Origin: Hypanus sabinus
Lineage: Eukaryota
Reading direction: 5' to 3'
DNA length: 64,000 nucleotides
Assembly (NCBI RefSeq): GCF_030144855.1
Contig: NC_082714.1
Span: 134,974,001 to 135,038,000, forward strand
Below, piece after piece: positions 12,051 through 25,354 of the stretch (the stretch's first letter is position 1; each line of letters starts with the position of its first letter). The notes beneath the pieces are model-generated. The model had not been told where the DNA came from. It saw only the letters and a list, made by a program, of their open reading frames with translations, and ran no database searches. The position numbers and the translations under genes are program-made.

Positions 12051-15000
12051 GAACCTGACAGGAAACTGCTGTTATCTGTCTAATACTCGTATTCTATTTA
12101 TTTGCACCAAAATATTTGAATCAATATATTTTTAGTATTTATAAGTTTCAGAACCTTGCATCCAACCAAGTACATCACATTGCCAAACCATTCTCTATGA
12201 CAAGCAAATTTATGTCACTTTAAATTATCAACGTAAAAGTTAGTTTCACCTGTAATAGTCTTAAACACTGGCTATGAACTTTCAGTCATCAATGGATGCA
12301 AAAAAAATGAACAAATTGTCTTCAGTCTTCACATTTTAAAACTTTAACCTCTGATTTACCTGAGGATCTGCTAAGTTCAATAAATGTATAATCAGTTTCA
12401 ACAATAAAGACCATCAGCATTTTATGATGTACTTTAGCAGCAAGAAATTAAGTTGCATAGAAATTGGTATGATAATTCTTTGTTATTATTCACTGACTAG
12501 TTTTAACAGCACCATGGGAGATTTGCTATTGCCTACTTAAAAAATATTTTCATTCCCTGAATTAAGAAATTATGTTTTGTATTTTTAGAAATTATTTAGA
12601 ACAGTATAATGAACATGTGCAGAGAATGACCTGGTAGTTCCCAAGCCTTTTGTTTTTTATAGTAAATATAATAATATGATTAAACTAATTTCACAACAGT
12701 ACTTCTCATATTCACATGGTAGGATGTTTTCTTCCATCTTCAGAAAACACTGGATCACAGAATCACTATGAACCTTCTAAAGCCATTATAGTGTGTGTAT
12801 TATTTATTAGACTCTCATCATTATGTGAGATTTATTAGACTATTTTGTTATAGAGGCAATACAATCCACCTTGATCCTATTATCTGCCAACGGTGATACA
12901 AGTGGTCATCCAACAAGGGTTAATGGGTGGGAACCATAAATAGAGATTCCAATCCAAATCTAACTAGGTAATTCCTCTGTTGCCAAACTGACTAAAATTA
13001 GCTAAATCTGTATAGACTAGAGATAGAGCTTCCAATGTTATTTGTACTTTGGACACATATTGGATAAACTTCTACTATAAGGACAATAAGGCATTCACAA
13101 CTGACCCAGCCTAAGCATCCAGTAAATCTGTGCATCTTGCTTGCCATATGGAAGTCTGCTTTCCTTATAATCAATTTCAAAAACAGCCTGGTTGTTATCC
13201 CTTTGCATCCTGGCAACATTTCTCACTTAGTCAATACTCAAAGCAAATTATTTTAGCCAGTATGACATTGCTATTTATGGAGTCTTGCTGTGTGCAATTT
13301 GGCTACCATGTTCCTTACACTGAAACAGTGAATATGTGTCAGTCATACCTGACTGGCTGCAAAGGGCTGGGTGACAATAGGAAATTTCAACATCATAGAA
13401 AAAAAATATTACCATGTATGCCATGCTTGCCATAATAAATCAGTATATTTCTGAATTACTAAACTGGGCTTCAAACAAGAAAGAAAAGCAACTCATTACA
13501 AGACAACAGGGCAGAGCTGCAAATGGAACCTCTAAAATGGACCTGTTCCTTCATGAGATCAATATTTATTTTATTTTCTAGAAAACATCTGTTGAATTTT
13601 TCCCATTAAAAATTGTTATACCATTGTAAACGATACATTCGGCTGTTCAGGGAGGAAGTAATGAATTAAAGAATATAATTTGCAGTGTAGGTTTTAATAT
13701 TATCAATGCTATGCGTTCTTGTCTTTTAAAGCATCTATTCAAGATCCTCTATTGGTTGACCATGGATGTTGCATGAAAGTGGAGACACAAGCCAGTACGC
13801 AAGCCAGGATGTAACATTGATTAAGTTGTTGCAATTTATTTATAAATTTGATACTCTAAGTCAGGTCTACCAGGAGTACTAGCAATAAAGTCAGATTCAT
13901 GTTGAATAAATCTCAATGTAGTGAGTTCACAAGTCCATAAGAATACAGAATGTCAACAATAGCAATGTTGGTCATATCCCTATTGGTGTTTCATGCTGTT
14001 GCTTAGCTACATGCATTAAGATTTTTTTGGACAGGGATGAATTTTATATTTCAAATAACAGTGCAAGGGAAAATATGAATGTTATTTCAAAGAAATATTT
14101 GGCTGTCCTTTCTTTATAGTAGCTAATCCTCTTCCGTAGATGATGCTGTTCTCTAATCTTCTAGAGCAGTTGATCTATTGCTGCTACAAGATAAGTTTGG
14201 TATTATTTCAGCAAAATGCTCAATTCATGGCTCAACATTTTAACCAAACCTGTAGAAATGTGGGGAATACTTTTAATATCAGCACACGTCCAATTAGCTC
14301 TTAGCTATCACAAAAAAATTAGACACAGTGGCAAATGAATGTACATTTATCACTGAATCTGATTACTGTGTACAATTGGCAACCCTCTTTTGATGCTATA
14401 TAACTTACCATTAAAAAGGATAAGAGCTATTGCACTAAAAATTCAAAGAATAATCAATATGATGTTGATAGTTATATGGAATTCATTCTTAATAAAAAAA
14501 AATAGCAATATTTAGGATGTCCCAAAATAGCAGACCATGCTGCCATTCTTATGTTGTTTTGAGGATAGCATTTTTAAATATTCATATAGATCAAAATGAA
14601 AATGTATTACCATTATTTTGCATATGTAGTCATTAGATTCTTAATTATTTTAAGAGCACTGGTATAGCATCACGGTATACTAGTCCTGATTCAGCAACAA
14701 TTCTAACATAAATACAGCAACCTTTGCCACGTGTATGTATCAGTTAAGAATACAGACTTCAGTACTTAATTCTTGCTTCCCTGAATGCTAATGTTAATTC
14801 ACGCATTCAAAATCAATTTTATTGCAGTCCTTAATGAAATAGAAATCTGCTGAATATGGCAGTGTAATGAGGTGGCATTCACAAACTTCAATATCATTTT
14901 CCAAGTATAATAGTTTTATCTGCTGAATCCGCACTTCAGACTGGTTTGTCATCTCCTCTGCAGGCTTTTCAGTCATATTGACTGACCAGACTATAACTAT

Positions 15001-15118
15001 GTAATTATTTATGGACATCTGTAACCAAAACGGGGAAATTTCACTCCTGCGTTCTCGTGAGCTTGTAAAGTATTGGGCCTGCCCCTTAAAAGAACACTGT
15101 TACTAAGCAACTGCTGGG

Positions 15119-15158
15119 GTTGCCATGGTGAATCCAAGTGAGCAGCTGGTCCAATCAG
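15119..15158 (+). promoter_or_regulatory. Candidate RFX X-box, E-box and CCAAT module
   Basis: GTTGCCATGGTGAA (15119-15132), CAGCTG (15143-15148), CCAATCAG (15151-15158) in a repeat-poor block; motif match only. Confidence 0.3.
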
Positions 15159-15697
15159 CATTAACTCCAGGCTAGCAAGAAAAAGTCTATGAATTTCATG
15201 CCAATACACGCAGGAGGAAAAACTGTTCAGGCATGCATGATGCTTAGTGTATTGAATACAACCTGCCAGAACTTTGCAAACCCAATGCTTCAGATAGCAA
15301 TTACACCTTGTGAGCATTAATGTAATTTCTTCAGAACTGTTGTTCAAATGTATCACATCAAAGACGCAACTTCTATAATAAGAGACGTTGGACTAATATC
15401 CTCAATTTATTAAAATAAAATTATAAAAATTTTGATAAATGAATGTACCATGCAAGAGTATTCAAGCTTAAAAAAAATCACCTCCCCCAATTCATCCTCT
15501 AATGTTGACATTCATCTTGCGATACTTCGGTCTTCTAGAATAGAATGCACAAGACTACACTGATGTACTCTATATCAAAAAACTTCAAATTTTGCATACA
15601 GTATTATCTCATTTATACCAGGCATCATTATTTCCTGCACATTAACAAACAACCCCATCTTAGACCTAAGCTTTTTTGAAAAAAAAATCAATTCCTA

Positions 15698-16120
15698 TTT
15701 ACTTACTTACTGTCCGTTATGCCATTGGCATTTAGTGCAGCAATAAAGGTCTTCCATCTTTGGCAGTGTTCAGGGCTTCCTTCATTGTGCCAGCAGCTTC
15801 CTATCAATTTTCACTACTGTCAGCCATGCAAGTCTTGGGTGGAGACTGAGGAATACCATCACACTCAGTTGTGGAAGGATTCTTCATGGCTGTTTCTGCA
15901 ACAGTTTTGTTTTGCCAGTCGGGGTTGGTAGCCCTGAGCTGACACCCCGAACCTGGAGGACCAGCGGACCATGCTCAGTCTGGCCACTGCCCTTTGACCT
16001 GTTGGGCATGGGTGACCCAACCAAGATCCAAAGCACAAAGCCCTGACTCCAGTCAACATTACTCTCCAGGTCACTGAGGCACTCCAGCCTCCAAAGCAGG
16101 ACAAGGCTGTGGTCCTTTTG
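15698..16120 (-). mobile_element. Non-autonomous RTE/Expander(Rex3)-like bipartite element
   Basis: Expander-like 5'UTR (GGGTCACCCATGCCCAACAGGTCAAAGGG..GCCAGACT) joined to an RTE 3' end (GATGGAAGACCTTTATTGCTGCACTAAATGCC) and (TAAG)n tail; second copy at 60115-60455. Confidence 0.75.
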
Positions 16121-16779
16121 TAGTTCAATTCCTTTTGCGACCTATTAAATATCACTTTGAATGTTTTGTTTGCATTTAGTAGAAGCATTTACACCACATT
16201 CACGCATTCAAAATAAATGTGTTTGAAAATGTAGTATCCATTTTAAAATGTTTCACCGATTCGTTAAAGCTCACGTATGGGAAAAGTACAACATTCAATT
16301 TTATTCCACATTTCAACACTGATCGCCGTTATGAATTGCGAAAAATCATTGATTAAAATTAGGACGACAAAAACACTGAGAAATGGTTACAGAATACAGA
16401 TATCTGTAATGTATGTGCTCCATGAGAATCCATGAAATTCTAAATACTTCACCTTTAAAGATTCAGGATTATTGCAAAGCCTCTGGATACTGTCCTTTAA
16501 TTTGATGAATATTAATGCTTCTTATTTGAACCAGGACACACACATTGGATGAGGCCAAGATGATCAGCTCCTTTATATTTTAGTATTTCATAGACTTAAA
16601 ATTAGATTTATTTTGATGCATGGTGATTCTGAACAAAACAATTGGGATTTATCTCAATCATGTTGAATCCTTTATTTCGTCATCAAATTCAGTATTCACA
16701 GAACCAACATGTTGCGTATTGTGTTGTTAATATAAGTTTATACTGTCAAACAGGCTGTGAAATGCTTCTTTTTTGAAGT

Positions 16780-17700
16780 CCATCACATCCATTATGCAAG
16801 AGAAAGAAAGGATATAATGTTTAACACAAGCTCTGAGCAGCTAGGGAGGCATAATGCCCTGCTCCAAATTCAGATTTAGCTTCAAATGCAAATTAGGGCA
16901 TGTCTTCCCCTCCCCCTTCCCTGACACACACTTTAATCTGTTGAAGCTGTAATTAGGAGTAAAGGAAGCCACACACTGGGTCTTTGAACCAGACTACTGA
17001 AAAATACAGCAAAGAATAGAAATGGAGAGCTTTGGCCAACGCAGAATGGAATTCCATTACAAGAGACCATGAGCTCTATTCTGTCCACAGTGAGGGCAGG
17101 ATCAGGACAGATTAATGCAAGTAAAGATTGCAGTTAAAGTGAGGATCTTAACACTTTAATCATTTCTAATGTTCTGGCTTGTGCATCTATCTGGGTTATT
17201 CTCAAATAAAAGTGCATCATGCAGTGCACACTTTACAAGAGGCAATCTATTCTAATATCCTGAACCACAGCCAGCAACTGCAGAAGCCCAGATTGTAGTG
17301 CTCTGTACTTGCTTACTGAACCAGAACAATACCAGTTTATAGGACAATAATAAACTAAAAGGATGTGTTAATTGGCTATAAATGCCCATTGTCATCAAAG
17401 GATAGCATAAAAGCAAAAAACTTGCGCCAAAGATGCTGAAAGTGTCATATCAATTTTCCCATCGTCCTTTAGCATCCAGTCAAGCATTTAAACAGCCATT
17501 GTCAACCCAATCGAGTGACTTGCATGACATTTTATTGCAGCTATAAACACATTGTGCAATTAGTGGCGTCAGTGAAAACTTTTAATTTCAATGTTTCACA
17601 CAAGACCAACATTACTATACTCTAATTCACACTCCGGCTGTGCAAAGGTGGTACTTTTGTCCTTCAATGCAAGAAAAATATTTGTTCTGATGGAATCTCT
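16780..17700. promoter_or_regulatory. Putative conserved non-coding element / enhancer block
   Basis: Repeat-free; clustered CATTGT (Sox, three), ATCAAAG/CTTTGAA (TCF), TAAACA (Fox) and TAATT (homeodomain) motifs; conservation cannot be tested here. Confidence 0.35.
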
Positions 17701-17794
17701 AGAATGGGTGATTTTGACTTATTAATTAATTCCACCGATGCAATTCCTGCTTCTGAATTAGGCAGGTTACACCTTAAAAGCACAAAACATAAGA

Positions 17795-18720
17795 GCACAG
17801 AGTCATAGAACACAAAAGGGCCTTGGCCCATCTAGTGTCTGCCAAACTATTCATCTGCTTCGCCCCATCAACCTGCACCCAAAGCAGAGCCCTCCATATC
17901 CCTCCCATCCATGTACCTACCCAAATTTCTCTTAAATGTTGAAATCAAATCTGCACTCACCATTTACCCTGGCAGCTCATTCCACACTCTGACAACCCTC
18001 TGAATAAAAAAGTACCCCCTCATGTTTTGCTTAAACATTTCACCTTTTGCCCTTAGCCCATAATCTCTAGCAGTAGTCTCACATAACCTCAGTGGAAAAA
18101 AACCTGTTTGCATTTACTTTCTCTATACTCTACTTCCTAGGGAATAAAGTCCTAACCTATTCAACCTTTCCCTATAACTCAGGTCATCAAGTCCCAGCAA
18201 TATCATTGTAAATTTTTTCAGTGTTCTTTCAATCTTACTGACACTTTTCCTGCAGATGTAACCAAAACTGCACACAATGCTCCAAATTGGGGCTTACCAA
18301 CATCTTACAAAATTTCATCATAACATTCCAACTCATGTATTCAATACATTCATTTACGAAGGCCAATGTGCCAAAAGCATTCTTTACAAGTTTATCTACT
18401 TGCGATGCCACTTTGAAGGAATTATGTGTCTGTATTCCCAGATCTTCCTGTTCTACTGAATTCATCAGTGCCCTACTGCCCATTGTGTGAGACCTACCCT
18501 GGTTGGTCCTCCCAAAGTGCAACACCTCACACCTGTCTGCAGTAAATTCCATCTGCCATTTTTCAGTCCATTTTTCCAGCTGGCCCAGATCCCACTGCAA
18601 GCTTTGATAGTCTTCCTTGATGTCATCTGCAAATCTGCTGATCCAGTTTACCACATTGTCATCGAGATTGTTGATATAGATGACAAACAACAATAGACCC
18701 AGCACTAATCCCTGCAGCAT
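17795..18720 (-). mobile_element. CR1 LINE, 5'-truncated
   Basis: ORF 18235-18720 QGLVLG..RFADD..KWQMEF..CEVLHFG..LEHCVQFW; 3'UTR to about 17795. Confidence 0.92.
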
Positions 18721-18724
18721 ACAA

Positions 18725-18862
18725 GACTACTTTAAGAGACTACTAGACAGGTATATGGAGGAATTTAAGGTGGGGGGTTATATGGGAGGCAGGGTTTGAG
18801 GGTCGGCACAACATTGTGGGCTGGAGGGCCTGTAATGTGCTGTAATGTATTCTATGTTCTAT
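18725..18862 (+). mobile_element. CR1 3' terminal stub
   Basis: GACAGGTATATGG..GGTCGGCACAACATTGTGGG..GGGCCTGTA..TTCTATGTTCTA tail. Confidence 0.75.
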
Positions 18863-18899
18863 ACCATGAGTTACAGGCCACTATTCAGGGAGGCAACTG

Positions 18900-19515
18900 A
18901 ATCTTTTCCATCATTTCAGCATGGCTGATTTATTTTCCCTCTTAATCCCATTCTCCTGCTATCCCTCCCATAACCTTTGATGCCCTTACTAATCAGGAAC
19001 CTATTGATCACTGCTTTAAATATACCCAATAGCATGGCCTCCACAGATGAATTCAATAGTCTCACCACCCTCTGGCTAACAAAATCCCTCCTTTCCTCTG
19101 GACTAAAGGGATGTCCTTGCATTATTAGGCTGTGCCCTCTGTTCCAAAACTCTCCCTCTATTAAAAGCATCCTCTCCACCTCCATTCTATTTAGGCCTTT
19201 CAATATTCAATAGATTTCAATAAGATCCCCCTGCACCTCCCCCACCCCAGTCATCTTAACTCCAGTGAATACAGGCCCAGAGCCATGAAACACTCTTCAT
19301 ATGTTAACCCTTTCATTCCTGGGATCGCTCTCAGAAACCTCCTCTGGACCCTATCTACCCACCATCACATACTTTCTTACATAAAGGGCCCAAAACTGCT
19401 CTCAATACTCCAACTGCAATCTAACCAATGCCTTATAAAGCCACAGTATTACATCCTTGCTTTTATATTCTAGTCCTCTGAAAATAAATACTAACATTGT
19501 ATTTGCCTTCTTTCC
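18900..19515 (-). mobile_element. CR1 LINE 3' fragment
   Basis: ORF 18916-19203 MKGLNR..RGHSL..FVSQRVV..KGIKGYG. Confidence 0.85.
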
Positions 19516-19714
19516 TTGAAGGTTGCAGACTGAAGACCTACTTTAGAATTTCAACATAGAAATTTCACTAGATTTCTCAATGAGGTGATTCTGTCTTTAT
19601 GAAATGTTTCAATTTACAGAAAGTGATAATCCAATGTCAAATAATACTATATGAGATCCATTGAATGGGTCCAACAAACATGTTTGGCCAATCATTTTGC
19701 TGCAAAAGATAATC

Positions 19715-19880
19715 CTTCCACAGTCTGTAAAGAGTTTGTACATTCTGATGGGTGTCCTCCGCTTCCCTACCAAATTCCAAAGATGTATGGGTTTGCAGGT
19801 TAGTTGGTCACATGGATGTAATTGGGATGTGCAAGCTCATTGGACCACAAGGGTCTGTTAAAATTCTGTACCTCGAAGAA
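19715..19880 (+). mobile_element. Diverged V-SINE-like fragment
   Basis: GAGTTTGTACATTCT..TTCCAAAGATGTA..GGGTCTGTT body. Confidence 0.45.
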
Positions 19881-20479
19881 TACTTAGGATTGTAAGGGGT
19901 AGAATATCCATGACAGTTCCCTTAATAATTTGATTGAAGGTTGACAGATGTTTTAGACTAATCTTATGAGAACCTATCTAACTTGCAAGTGTACAGAAAT
20001 TGCATAAGTTGGATATCTGGCCTCCATCTTGAATGCTCACTTTAGGAAAGAGAGTGAGAGATAGCCTAGAGTCAGTGGTAGTAGCACAAGTGATAGTATA
20101 TACAGGCATGTACAAGTCAGTCAGGGATCAGCAGCCACAGGAGAGCAAGAACAACAATAAACATGATGGACTGCCTGACAAGATTTGGAAATACTGGACC
20201 TCCTTCCTGTTGAAAGGCATTTGGCAGAATACTGATATCCACTCCTTAAATGGGTGAGGCCAAACTGGCACTGGATCACTGCAACTCAGTTTGAAGTGGG
20301 TTCACCCATCCTGTTCCTTTAATGCACAAGACTAATGTGTCTTGAGTAGTATATTGGTATCTGTTTGTACATATATATATCCAAATGAAACAATGTTCCT
20401 CTGCACCACATGACATATATATCACACACAGCATGTAAAGCAAAATATTATACTATAAATAAGTCAATCAAATATAATT

Positions 20480-21000
20480 CAAAAATTAGAGCAGTCCAGG
20501 AAGATCCTGTACATGTCTGGCCTCTGTACCCAATTGAAGGCTTATTTGCAATTCAGGCAATGCAGTGCTTGCTCACCCACCTGATTTCTAAGGTGGTAAG
20601 ATGGTGGCTTTATCATATAAGCAGAAATTAAGCAAATTCAACTTGTGCAGATTTAGAAAAATGAAAGGTAATATCATTGAAGTATGCAAAATTCTTCAGC
20701 GGCTTGATGGGATGAGTGTAGAATTATTGCTTCCTTTTCAACCAACAGTCAGAGTTGGAAAAAAGAAATTTCTTCACAAGATGGTGACGATTCTTTGAAA
20801 TTCTCTACCTGAGGGGGCAATGGAGCCTTAGTTTCAGAATATATTCAAGGTCGATAGATTTCAAAATATTAAGGGCATCAGAGGATACAGGGTTATAGCA
20901 GGAAAGTGTCATTGAGGCATAAGATCAGCCACAAACTTTCTGCATGGGAGAATAGGCATAAGGGGCTAGACAGCCAACTCCAGCTTCTGTTTCCGATGTT
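20480..21000 (+). mobile_element. Old CR1 3' fragment
   Basis: FRKMKGNIIEVCKILQRLD remnant; CR1-like 3'UTR ending near 21000. Confidence 0.7.
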
Positions 21001-22394
21001 CACCTGAAGACTGTGGGAAGACAGCAGCTGGTTCTCAGCAGGAATCATGAGACAACATAACAGAAAATAATCCTTAAAAAAAAGTTTATGTCAATTAAAT
21101 TTTTTCTCTCCGAAATGAATATACCGATTGACTTTCACAATTTACTCCTGCTAATAAAATATAAATCTGTCTGTCCCACCCCAAATTCAAACACAATTCT
21201 TTGCAGGTATTCCTGCCATTTTGATAGCAACTATTTCTCTAGGAATTTATTCCATCATCTGCCAAAGTAATGTTAGACAGTTTGGAGAATCCCAATCTAA
21301 AATGGCCAAGATCACTGAAGCCAGAATCTTTGCCAAAGAAATTCACATTGATTTAACTTGGGGATTATAGAGGTTGCACTAGGGCTATGCATTGGCAACC
21401 AATGGCTTTTTGTAGTATAAAATCAGTATATTAAAAATGTTTTCCACATCCTTCAGACAATATGTTTCAACCATTCCGTGAGTCAAAAGATTGGTCAATC
21501 TTCAAATTGCAAGATCTTGTGCACAAAATAGCTTTTGGTTTCTACTACAATGACAACAATTACTGCCCTTGAAAAGAACTGTAAAGAAATGTTTTGTAAC
21601 ATTTCTCTAGCAATGTGACAGGATAGATTGTGTCATTTGTTGCTTCTGCAAATCAGCCTACCAAAAATGACACCCAACCTCTTCATAGGATGGCGTGTTT
21701 AAAAAACTTTTACTTTAGAATGTACAAATTACCACTGACAAATTTTGGGTTGTTGAAGTGTAAAACAGATTAGACAACAAATAGCAGGACATCTTTGCAT
21801 TTTCAGCCCAGCTAAGAATGTAGAAGGTTAGCAGTTTATTCATTTAAGGGCAGAGACAAGTTGAAACATTCAGATCAGATATTAATTGAAATTATTAAAT
21901 GTCACTTCTTCTGCAAGAGTAAGGAGTAATTTGATCTATAATAATAATTTCTATCATATGCTGTAAATGACCTAAAAAAATTAAAGTGCACAAATAATCT
22001 AAAATCTTGTACATTTTACAGGATAAAATCTGCTTTGCCATAGCAATAGGCACAAAACAAAACCTTGTCCTTCATCTTGTTGCTGAGCAACAACAGAAGT
22101 TTTCATTTGTCATGAGGTCTTCCATCAGTCATTCTTCGTGGGTTGAGTGTACAAGCGGAGGGCTGACAGATTGACATATGCATTAGGTATATAAGGCAGA
22201 TGTGAGCTCTTTGACATTTCTAGCACCCTAAGGCTACAGAAGGTGGAAATGAGTTTGATTAATATTACCTTTAAAATGTTGAAATCAGTGGATGTCCTGC
22301 TAAGTCCTGCAATTCCCTGAAAACTGCGAACAGTTTCAAACTCCGGGGAGTGCACATTTCACACATCCTCTCAAAGTCCCTGAAGATACTCTGC

Positions 22395-23072
22395 ACAATC
22401 AGGAAAGCTCACTGACGCCTCGACTTTCTGAGGAGCCTGAAGAGAGCTGGACAATGCGCATCTATATTCATGTCATTCTACAGAGGTGCTGTAGAAAGCG
22501 TCTTAACAGTCTGCATTACTGCACAGTAAGGAAACTGCACTGTGACATCCAAGAAAGCTCTACAACAGGTAGTCAAAAATGCCCATTGCATCACCAGCAC
22601 CAGCCTAGCCACCACTGAGGACGTATATACAGCAAGGTGCCAGAAAAGGGCCAGTAACCTCATGAAGGATCTCACCCACCCTGCTCATTGACTGCTTGTT
22701 CCTACTCCTATGAAGGAGTAGGACCACCACACTCAAAAAAAAAGTTACTTTCCCCAAGCAGTAACACTGATCAACACCACCATCATTAATTCAACCTTCA
22801 CACGCCAATCAGCACTAATCTACCATTTTTTCTCAGTCACCATCTGTACAGATGCTCCTGAGCCTATCATCACTTTATGGACATACAACCAATCGATGTA
22901 CGTAAGCTATCTTGTGTATTCCCTGATTAGTTCCTGTGTTTTTTTGAAATTATTATTGTGTTCTTTATCTTATTGTATATTTTTGTGCTGCAACAAATTT
23001 GGAGTAACATTTGTTTCATTCTCCCCTACACTTATGTAATGGAAATGACATTAAACAATCTTGAATCTTGAA
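22395..23072 (+). mobile_element. Rex1/Babar-like LINE 3' fragment
   Basis: FYRGAVESVLTVCITA..GNC remnant; tail ATTAAACAATCTTGAATCTTGAA. Confidence 0.8.
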
Positions 23073-23309
23073 CTGGTTTAGAAATTGCGGTTGGCATTCT
23101 AATCAAGTTACGACCCATGCTAGGGAAAAACCATCTATCTCTTCTCCATGATGACTCATGTTGGAATTACTTAAAGTTACTTGAATGATAATTTAAATCT
23201 CTGAAATTCATAATTCTTTAGGTGATCCAGTTTAGTAAAGGAGACTCCCAAATCTCAACAGCCTGACTTTTGAAAAGAGAGCACAAAATATTGTAAGATA
23301 ATTATCTGT

Positions 23310-23870
23310 GTCTTTGCTTCAGCCCAGAAACATGAAGACAAAAGTCCAGGCTAACACACCAGGGCCATATTAAGGCAGATTGGTTCTGTTAAAGATATCG
23401 TCTTTCACATGAAACATTAACCAGGACCTTATCATCTTTCTCAGGTAACCATAATAAATCCAGTGGTAATATTTTGAAGAACAACAGGAGAGATATCTTG
23501 AGAATCTGGCCAAGGTATCATAAAAAAATAGACCATCTGGTCAGCATCTTGGCTTGTTTAATGGAGCATGCTATGCCCAGACTGCCTGTCACAGTTTCTG
23601 CATTAATGAGTCACTATGTACCATAGACTATCACAAACAACAGAAAATCTGCAGATGCTGAAAATCAAAGCAACACACAAAATGCTAGAGGAATTAAGCA
23701 GTCCTGATGAAGAGTCTCGGCCCAAAACATTGTCTGTTTGCTCTTTTCCATAGGTGCTGCCTAGCCTGCTTATTTCCTCCCACATTTTGTGTGTGTTACC
23801 AGTGACTATGTCACATTTTGGGCTAACCTGATATCAAGAAATGAGCTTTTAAAATAGATTTTTCTTGCTT
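23310..23870 (+). mobile_element. DeuSINE/SacSINE1-like SINE interrupted by a Penelope-derived insertion
   Basis: Deu-domain-like GTCTTTCACATGAAACATTAACC..CTCAGGT..TTTTGAAGAACAACAGGAGAG; resumes after 23798. Confidence 0.6.
23632..23797. mobile_element. Asymmetric fold-back Penelope-derived mini-element with degenerate hammerhead on the plus strand
   Basis: AACACACAAAATG...CATTTTGTGTGTGTT inverted ends; CAGTC-CTGATGA-AGAG-TCTCGG-CCC-AAAA-CATT-GTCTG at 23699-23736; probable TSD ACCATAGACTAT/ACCAGTGACTAT. Confidence 0.8.
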
Positions 23871-25354
23871 AACTTGTTTGTGGAACTGGAACATAATTTT
23901 GGTACTAAAGTATTGTGCTTAACCTGGCCTGTGCACTTGGGGAAGTGGTCAGAACTGAAATATCTCTTTCCCATTTTGAAATCAATTGGCGGGGAACTTT
24001 AATGTTGGCAGTGTCTCCTATCCTTCGGGTGACCCAAGGAAACAAAGTTGGAAAAGAACAGATTATAAACTATAAACCCCAGATTAACTTTAGTTCCCCA
24101 AACTCAAGGCCCTCAGTCAGTCTCCTACCTATTGATCTGCCAGCTTGGCCATTCCCTGTCCACCATTTCCTTCCCCAATTCTTCATGATCTCACAACCAA
24201 TGACATATTCATTCACTAATAACAAACCTCAACTCCTTATGTATCCTGACACGAAAATCTCTTGATTGGGAATCTCTATAGTCTTTGTCCATATCCCTTA
24301 CCAATGATGACACCCCAGGACTAGTAATCCCGGCCTCTTCACCGGCTACCAGTCTTAACCCTTCAAAGACCTGAGTGCCATTTAGCTTTTCTTATTCCTT
24401 GTTCTTTTATCTTGGTTTTGGAAGGTGTTATATTAATGCAGATGTTGTGCTTTCCTTTTTTTAATGCAGATGTCTTTCAGCACAAATGAAGAGAATTATC
24501 ATTCTTCTTTTAAGTAAATCAAGATACTTTATACCAGTCATCCATATTTTCTTTTAACTACAATTTCTGTCAAATATTAGAATGGCAATTTGAATTGTTA
24601 AGTTTTTAATCAATTGTTTTGCTAAGGTCTTAGCTTGATGTGTCTTACAAACCCAATTAATTAGATAATGTTGCATGCATTTAATGCATGCAATTAAAAA
24701 CTGGATCGCTCTATACTCTAAATAATTGGTTCAATCTGCATTTTAATCCACTAATGTTTAAAAAAATGATATTTAATTTTCCAGTACATCACAACATTGT
24801 TTAAATGAGACATTTATATGGAATACCATTGCTTGTGTGGAAGCATCTGAGCAATAAAATTTCAAACAGTAAGTGTATGAATCCACGTATGCATGAGTAA
24901 ACAAGTTATGATCAAACACTTTACCTACATTCATACATGAGCAGCAGCTACTTTGGCTCCCAACCTTCCAACGCGTTCCCCTAGCCCCACCTCTCCAGCC
25001 TTATACCTGCTGAACAAATCAGCCATTGACCCAGTTAATAAAAAATCAGACATGCAAGAATCTGCAGAAGTACCCCTAAAACCAAGCATCAACACTATGA
25101 CAACATCCAAGGATATGATTCATCTTTTTCAGTAGATAACAGCCCATTACTTTTAAATTAACACAAGCATTATGAAGTTCTGTCTATCTAATCTCTCCCT
25201 AACACTGAAAGTCCTCCAATCCAAGTGAATCTTCTCTGTAGGTCCTCCAGTGCAATTTATGACTGGGTTTATGGGGTTAATGAAACCAACAAGTTTCTGC
25301 CGAGACTGCAGTAACCAATCAGCTTTAATTCAAAGGAAGCTCCTCCAAACGAAG

